From: Dehalococcoidia bacterium
GTDB taxonomy: Bacteria; Chloroflexota; Dehalococcoidia; Lucifugimonadales; UBA3495
NCBI GenBank assembly: GCA_030740155.1
Contig: JASLXV010000007.1
Coordinates: 1-22,533, forward strand
DNA: 22,533 nt
Direction of reading: 5' to 3'
Position 1 is the stretch's first letter. Each line of letters begins with the position of its first letter. Under the pieces are notes generated by a model that was not told where the DNA came from, did not search any database, and saw nothing but the letters and a program-made list of their open reading frames with translations. Shown in pieces: positions 18,431 through 22,533 of this stretch. The position numbers were made by a program, and so were the translations under genes.

Positions 18431-18831
18431 TGTCGGGTCCTCCTCGTCTTCCACCGGCGGTTTGTGGGGCCTCGGTTCGCTCGTCGGACACATTCGTTCC
18501 CGGCTGGGTGGTAGCTATATTCGTGCCGGCAGCCGGCAAACCGGCGAGTTCCGATCCGTGGCTGTGGCCACCGCAATCTTGAGCCCGGACTGATCAGGGA
18601 GGACCGTGAACCCTCAATCTATGGGTCTCTCCGGAAGTTGCCATGCTTGCCGGTGGGGAATAACGGCGACTACGCGCATTGAGAACTTTTCGAAGACCTC
18701 CGGATGGGTAAGAACGGGCTTAACCGAACCTCCACCAGCCTGAAGCCCTTGGTCTTGGGAGGTGATTCCCATTGTTACCCCCCGCCGTATGCAGGATCTA
18801 GGGGCCGAGGCACATCTGGCTCAGTTCCCGG

Positions 18832-19257
18832 TTAGCCCTCCTGCACGGTCGGGTCCGATACTCCCAGGTTCGAGCGAAGCGCCCATAGACCCGGTGCGTC
18901 AGATGGGTCTTTGGCAGTCTTCAGCACTGCCCTCGTGACCTGTACGGTGAATCCGTCGCGGTTGCGCTGGAGGGTCAGCCGGGCGCCTTCTTCCGCAGCC
19001 AGGATGAAGGTGATGGGGGTTTCGTGGATATTCCGGCCCATGGTACCGGCCATGTCGTACAGGAGACAGGTCCTGTTGGCGTAAGGGCAATGGGGCCACC
19101 GGATGTCATGCGTCCCGCCCAATGGTTCGGGGGCGGGCAGCGCACCGCTTGCCCTTCCGGACGGTCGCATCGCGGCACGGTTTTTCGGCTTGGAAGGCCT
19201 GGCCTTCCCGCCCATGGTCTCAACCAAAGACATGGAGCGCCGTGATTCCTGCGACAT
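18832..19257 (-). CDS. Hypothetical protein
   Basis: Open frame of about 141 codons with GGAG just upstream of ATG 19257. The C-terminal half looks globular; no recognised motif. Confidence 0.4.
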   Translation of the reverse strand: MSQESRRSMSLVETMGGKARPSKPKNRAAMRPSGRASGALPAPEPLGGTHDIRWPHCPYANRTCLLYDMAGTMGRNIHETPITFILAAEEGARLTLQRNRDGFTVQVTRAVLKTAKDPSDAPGLWALRSNLGVSDPTVQEG

Positions 19258-20071
19258 CGCTCCCACCTTGTTTCGGATCTAGGAGCCTAATCGGGGTGGC
19301 GGCCCGTTCTTGACTTACCGGCGTTGTCGTGGGGAGCTTCGCGCGTCCAGGGGTTACGGGTCAGCTGGGTCTGAAGGCAAGCCGGGGCCGCCCGTTCCCT
19401 AGCACCCAACAGCAATTCGCCTACAACATCGACGGTACAATGTGATTGAGGCACTAAGCAGGGTGCCTGTACCCGAGCAGGCGGGTGGTGTTCCCTAAAT
19501 GGGGCGCTTCGGATCGCTTTGGAATTCGGGCACGGGTTGCCGGCGGAATCTTCGCCAAAGCTCCGTTGGCCGCAGGCCAAGCCTAGCTTTTCGCCTGGAC
19601 CATTCTTCCATGTGGGGGGACCGGGTCATTCCGTGACTCTCGCCGTAGCCGGTTCCGCCCTCGGCGGGAGATAATCGCCGGGCCCGCTATCGGGCGGAGG
19701 CGTGCACTTCTGGGGGGTCCGCCTTTCAGCCGGGGAGCTTGGCCTTGGGTAGGTTCCAAGGGAATCCACCACGATGTTGCCGCTTGGTCCACGTTTCCTC
19801 TGCCATCCTGTCCTTTCGGCCCCCGGCCGCGAGCTGAGCCGAGGTTGGCGGTCGAGCGCCCTTCTCGGGAACCCTGGGAAACCGAAAGCGAGCCAGGGGG
19901 ACGATCCCGGCGGGAGGGGCATAGCAACCAGCCACAAGGCTATCGTCGAGCCTGATGGGGTCCACCCCACCGTGGGCGAACGTGGCCCCCAACCAACCGG
20001 CGTGGCGGCAAGGCCCCTGGGAAAGCCTGGGGATCATCAAGACCTACGGCTGATCGATACGTGTCGCATTC

Positions 20072-20635
20072 TTAGCTGAACGCGGAAAGTTCAACCAGTT
20101 CAGCACTCTTGTGGTCTGGACTCAACTCCATGATGGCTACTTGGCCTAGGCGTCGCATCTGTTTCGGGAGACTCGGGCTCCCGGGGTTCACCATCAGAAT
20201 TCCCTGGCATTCCTCAATCGTGGCGTAGTGCGTATGGCCGAATATCACGATATCGACAACGGCACCAAATACAGTCTCGAGAGCCGCGGACAAATCGGCG
20301 TCCGGGGAGAAATGCTTGGATAATGGAGTGTGCTCCGTGATTTCATGCTCCATCCCAGGGACCCACAAATCATGGATCAAGCCTATCGAGTGTCCTTCGA
20401 GTTGCAGGACTCTGAATTTGTCCACCACGCGAGAATCTTCCTTGAAGAGACCGCCGGCCCCCAACTCAACGGCGTACACCGGTGCTATTGTTTCCAACCA
20501 GTCCAGGCAGGCGGGGATGTAGATATCCCCGGCATGGAGAATCACGTCCACCCCTCGAAATGCCACGGCAACCTCCGGTGGCGGTTCCCTCCCGACGCTG
20601 GGATTATGCGTGTCCGATATGACTCCCACTTTCAC
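20072..20635 (-). CDS. YfcE/MJ0936-like calcineurin-type metallophosphoesterase
   Basis: KVGVISDTH, ILHAGD, IVIFGHTH and VNPGS motifs. RBS AAGGGAG gives GTG 20635. Confidence 0.9.
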   Translation of the reverse strand: MKVGVISDTHNPSVGREPPPEVAVAFRGVDVILHAGDIYIPACLDWLETIAPVYAVELGAGGLFKEDSRVVDKFRVLQLEGHSIGLIHDLWVPGMEHEITEHTPLSKHFSPDADLSAALETVFGAVVDIVIFGHTHYATIEECQGILMVNPGSPSLPKQMRRLGQVAIMELSPDHKSAELVELSAFS

Positions 20636-20989
20636 GGTTCGTACTCCCTTTATCCAATCAGGCAATCAGGCAAGATGAGTTGGCACTGGCGTGCCCAATT
20701 CTACACCCAAGAAATGACCGCGTTAGAGCTATCCCTTCTCAATGTAGTGGACCCAATCGTCTAGACAGGACTTGGGCCAAATTGAGCGGGAGCCCTGCTG
20801 TCCCGCCACAGTTTACCACTGCTCTTCCGGGTGAGCACCGTCTCTCTGGGGTTGTCCCGATGATTCTGCCGAAGCCGGTGGAACGCCCCACCGGATCGTG
20901 GCTACTCTGGCAAGGCAATTGCCTTTCGCCCTGGCCTATAACCAGGGCAACTTGATGAGAGTGGAGCCATTGTGTGAAACGGATAGCAG

Positions 20990-21018
20990 TTGACGCGCTA
21001 CGGATACCGTTCTATAGT
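20990..21018 (+). promoter_or_regulatory. Sigma70-type promoter for the nitroreductase gene
   Basis: TTGACG (20990-20995), 17-nt spacer, TATAGT (21013-21018). Confidence 0.7.
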
Positions 21019-21095
21019 TTCGAGGCGTCCCAGAGCGTCATTTACCGGGGGGAGTTGGTTCGATCTGGGAAATCCAGGCGGAAAGGAGGAATTGA

Positions 21096-21761
21096 GTGGA
21101 TGTAATTGAGGCCATTCAATCGAGGAAAAGCATCAGGGGATTCAAGCCCGATCCTGTTCCGAGAAAGGTACTGAAAGAAATCATAGAAGTTGCTTGCCGT
21201 GCCCCATCTTCATTGAACGCCCAGCCTTGGGAATGCACTGTCGTTGCCGGCGAGGTGATCGCGAAAATCAAGCAGGCCAGCATGGAGCAGTTTACCTCCG
21301 GGGTAGCTCCTCACCCGGACCTATCCTGGCACGAAAGACTGACCGGTAGGTACAGGGAGCGCCAGGTAGCTTTGGGGATTCAACTCTTTCAACTGATGGG
21401 CATTGCAAGAGAGGACACAGAGAAGAAGGTCGAGTGGACCAAGAAAGGATTCCGATTCTTCGACGCACCAGCCGCCATCATTCTTTCAATAGACGAATCG
21501 ATGCGTGACGTGGCTCAGTTCGACATCGGCACCATCACCCAAACTATTGCTCTCGCCGCAATGCACTATGAACTGGGCACCTGTATCCAGGGACAAGGAC
21601 TGATGTATCCGGATGTAATCAGAAAGTTCACCGGAATCCCTGAATGCAAACGGCTCAGCATTAATCTAGCCATTGGCTATCCCGACTGGGATTATCCGGC
21701 TAACAACGTGCAGAGCGAGCGTGAGCCGATCGAGATCACCACGACCTGGTGCGGCATATGA
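21096..21761 (+). CDS. Nitroreductase family (FMN-dependent) oxidoreductase
   Basis: AIQSRKSIRGF, APSSLNAQPW, FFDAPAAI, LAA...LGTC and LAIGYPD motifs. RBS AAGGAGG. Confidence 0.95.
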   Translation: MDVIEAIQSRKSIRGFKPDPVPRKVLKEIIEVACRAPSSLNAQPWECTVVAGEVIAKIKQASMEQFTSGVAPHPDLSWHERLTGRYRERQVALGIQLFQLMGIAREDTEKKVEWTKKGFRFFDAPAAIILSIDESMRDVAQFDIGTITQTIALAAMHYELGTCIQGQGLMYPDVIRKFTGIPECKRLSINLAIGYPDWDYPANNVQSEREPIEITTTWCGI

Positions 21762-21856
21762 TGACCGTGGAGAACGACTCACGCTTCTGACCAGTGCCCG
21801 GCGAACCGCCACCCGGCCGGAGTTGCGCTCTATTTCTTAAAGCAGGGGATCCGGGG

Positions 21857-22242
21857 TCAAGCGAGCCCACAGACCCGCCTGATGGCGGAAACCAGCTCAT
21901 CGCTTATTCTGGCTTTTTCCATGAATAGCGAGGCGCCGGCGTGCTCGGCTGCCGGGCGGCCCTCCGCGCGGGCGTAGAGGGCGCTGATGAGAATCACCTT
22001 GACGCCCGGTATCTCCTGCTTCATAAGCCTGGTGGCCTCAATGCCATCCATCACGGGCATGGAAACGTCCATGACCACAACCTCAGGGCTGCTGCTGCGG
22101 GCAAGCTCCAGCCCCTCCAGTCCATCGCGGGCTTCACCGACCACGGCTAACTCACCCCCAGATTCCAGCAAGCGGCGTAGCTGTCTGCGGAAAGCGCCGT
22201 GGTCGTCAACCAGGAGGACCCGTGTTGGCGGTTTGCCCCTGC
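21857..22242 (-). pseudogene. NarL-type response regulator receiver domain, 5'-truncated by IS3 insertion
   Basis: RVLLVDDH...VVGEA.DG...VVMDVSMPVMDGIEATR...ISA...K, with no output domain. The ORF-track start at 22330 lies inside the IS, and there is no ATG/GTG/TTG between the junction and the first beta strand. Confidence 0.8.
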
Positions 22243-22533
22243 TGTAGACCGTCAGCGATAATGGGACACATTGGGGGTAAGAAAACCCGAGAAAGTGGAA
22301 GTGGCGTGAGCTCCTGGAATGAAGGTACATTACTTCCAGAAAGGAGCAGATGTGTCCCAGTCAGAAAACATCAAGGCCAATGCAGCAGAAGCCCGGACCG
22401 AGGAGACCCGCTCCTTCGTTCGCACGGTGAAGGGTGCCACTCGGCGCAAGTACCCTCCTGAAGAGAAGATCCGTATCGTGCTGGAAGGCTTCCGCCGGGA
22501 AGTGACAGTGAATGACCTCTGTCGGCGGGAGGG
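22243..22533 (+). mobile_element. IS3-family insertion sequence, 5' end (left inverted repeat plus orfA), truncated by window edge
   Basis: TGTAGACCGTCAGCGATAATGGGACACA terminus followed by orfA. Confidence 0.88.
22352..22533 (+). CDS. IS3-family transposase OrfA (HTH), 3'-partial; absent from the ORF track
   Basis: RBS AAGGAG at 22341-22346, GTG 22352. Translates to (M)SQSENIKANAAEARTEETRSFVRTVKGATRRKYPPEEKIRIVLEGFRREVTVNDLCRREG. Confidence 0.9.
   Translation, partial: MSQSENIKANAAEARTEETRSFVRTVKGATRRKYPPEEKIRIVLEGFRREVTVNDLCRRE

Noticed and set aside
22222..22461. 79-aa + strand ORF in the track
   Set aside because: Spans the IS junction in a different frame; the real orfA starts at 22352.

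Overview
GC-rich bacterial accessory region bounded by IS3-family elements: a 3' end at 1-325 and a 5' end at 22243-22533, both on +. The left half is a + strand cluster encoding two molybdopterin enzymes. The first is an ethylbenzene-dehydrogenase/steroid-C25-dehydrogenase-like beta-alpha-gamma complex with no Tat leader, followed by a His-containing cytochrome-b-like membrane protein and a YHS protein. The second is a DmsAB-like pair with no Tat leader and no DmsC. The middle holds a TPR protein and a - strand acyl-CoA cluster (enoyl-CoA hydratase pseudogene, two MaoC/hotdog proteins, family III CoA-transferase) with REP-like palindromes. The right half holds a large membrane PAS/4xGAF sensor cut off by a solo IS3 end, an atypical YfcE-like metallophosphoesterase, a nitroreductase with a near-consensus sigma70 promoter, and a receiver domain decapitated by the right IS. 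The gene content would fit Dehalococcoidia/SAR202-like Chloroflexota, but that is a guess. All family calls come from motif recognition by eye, not database searches.
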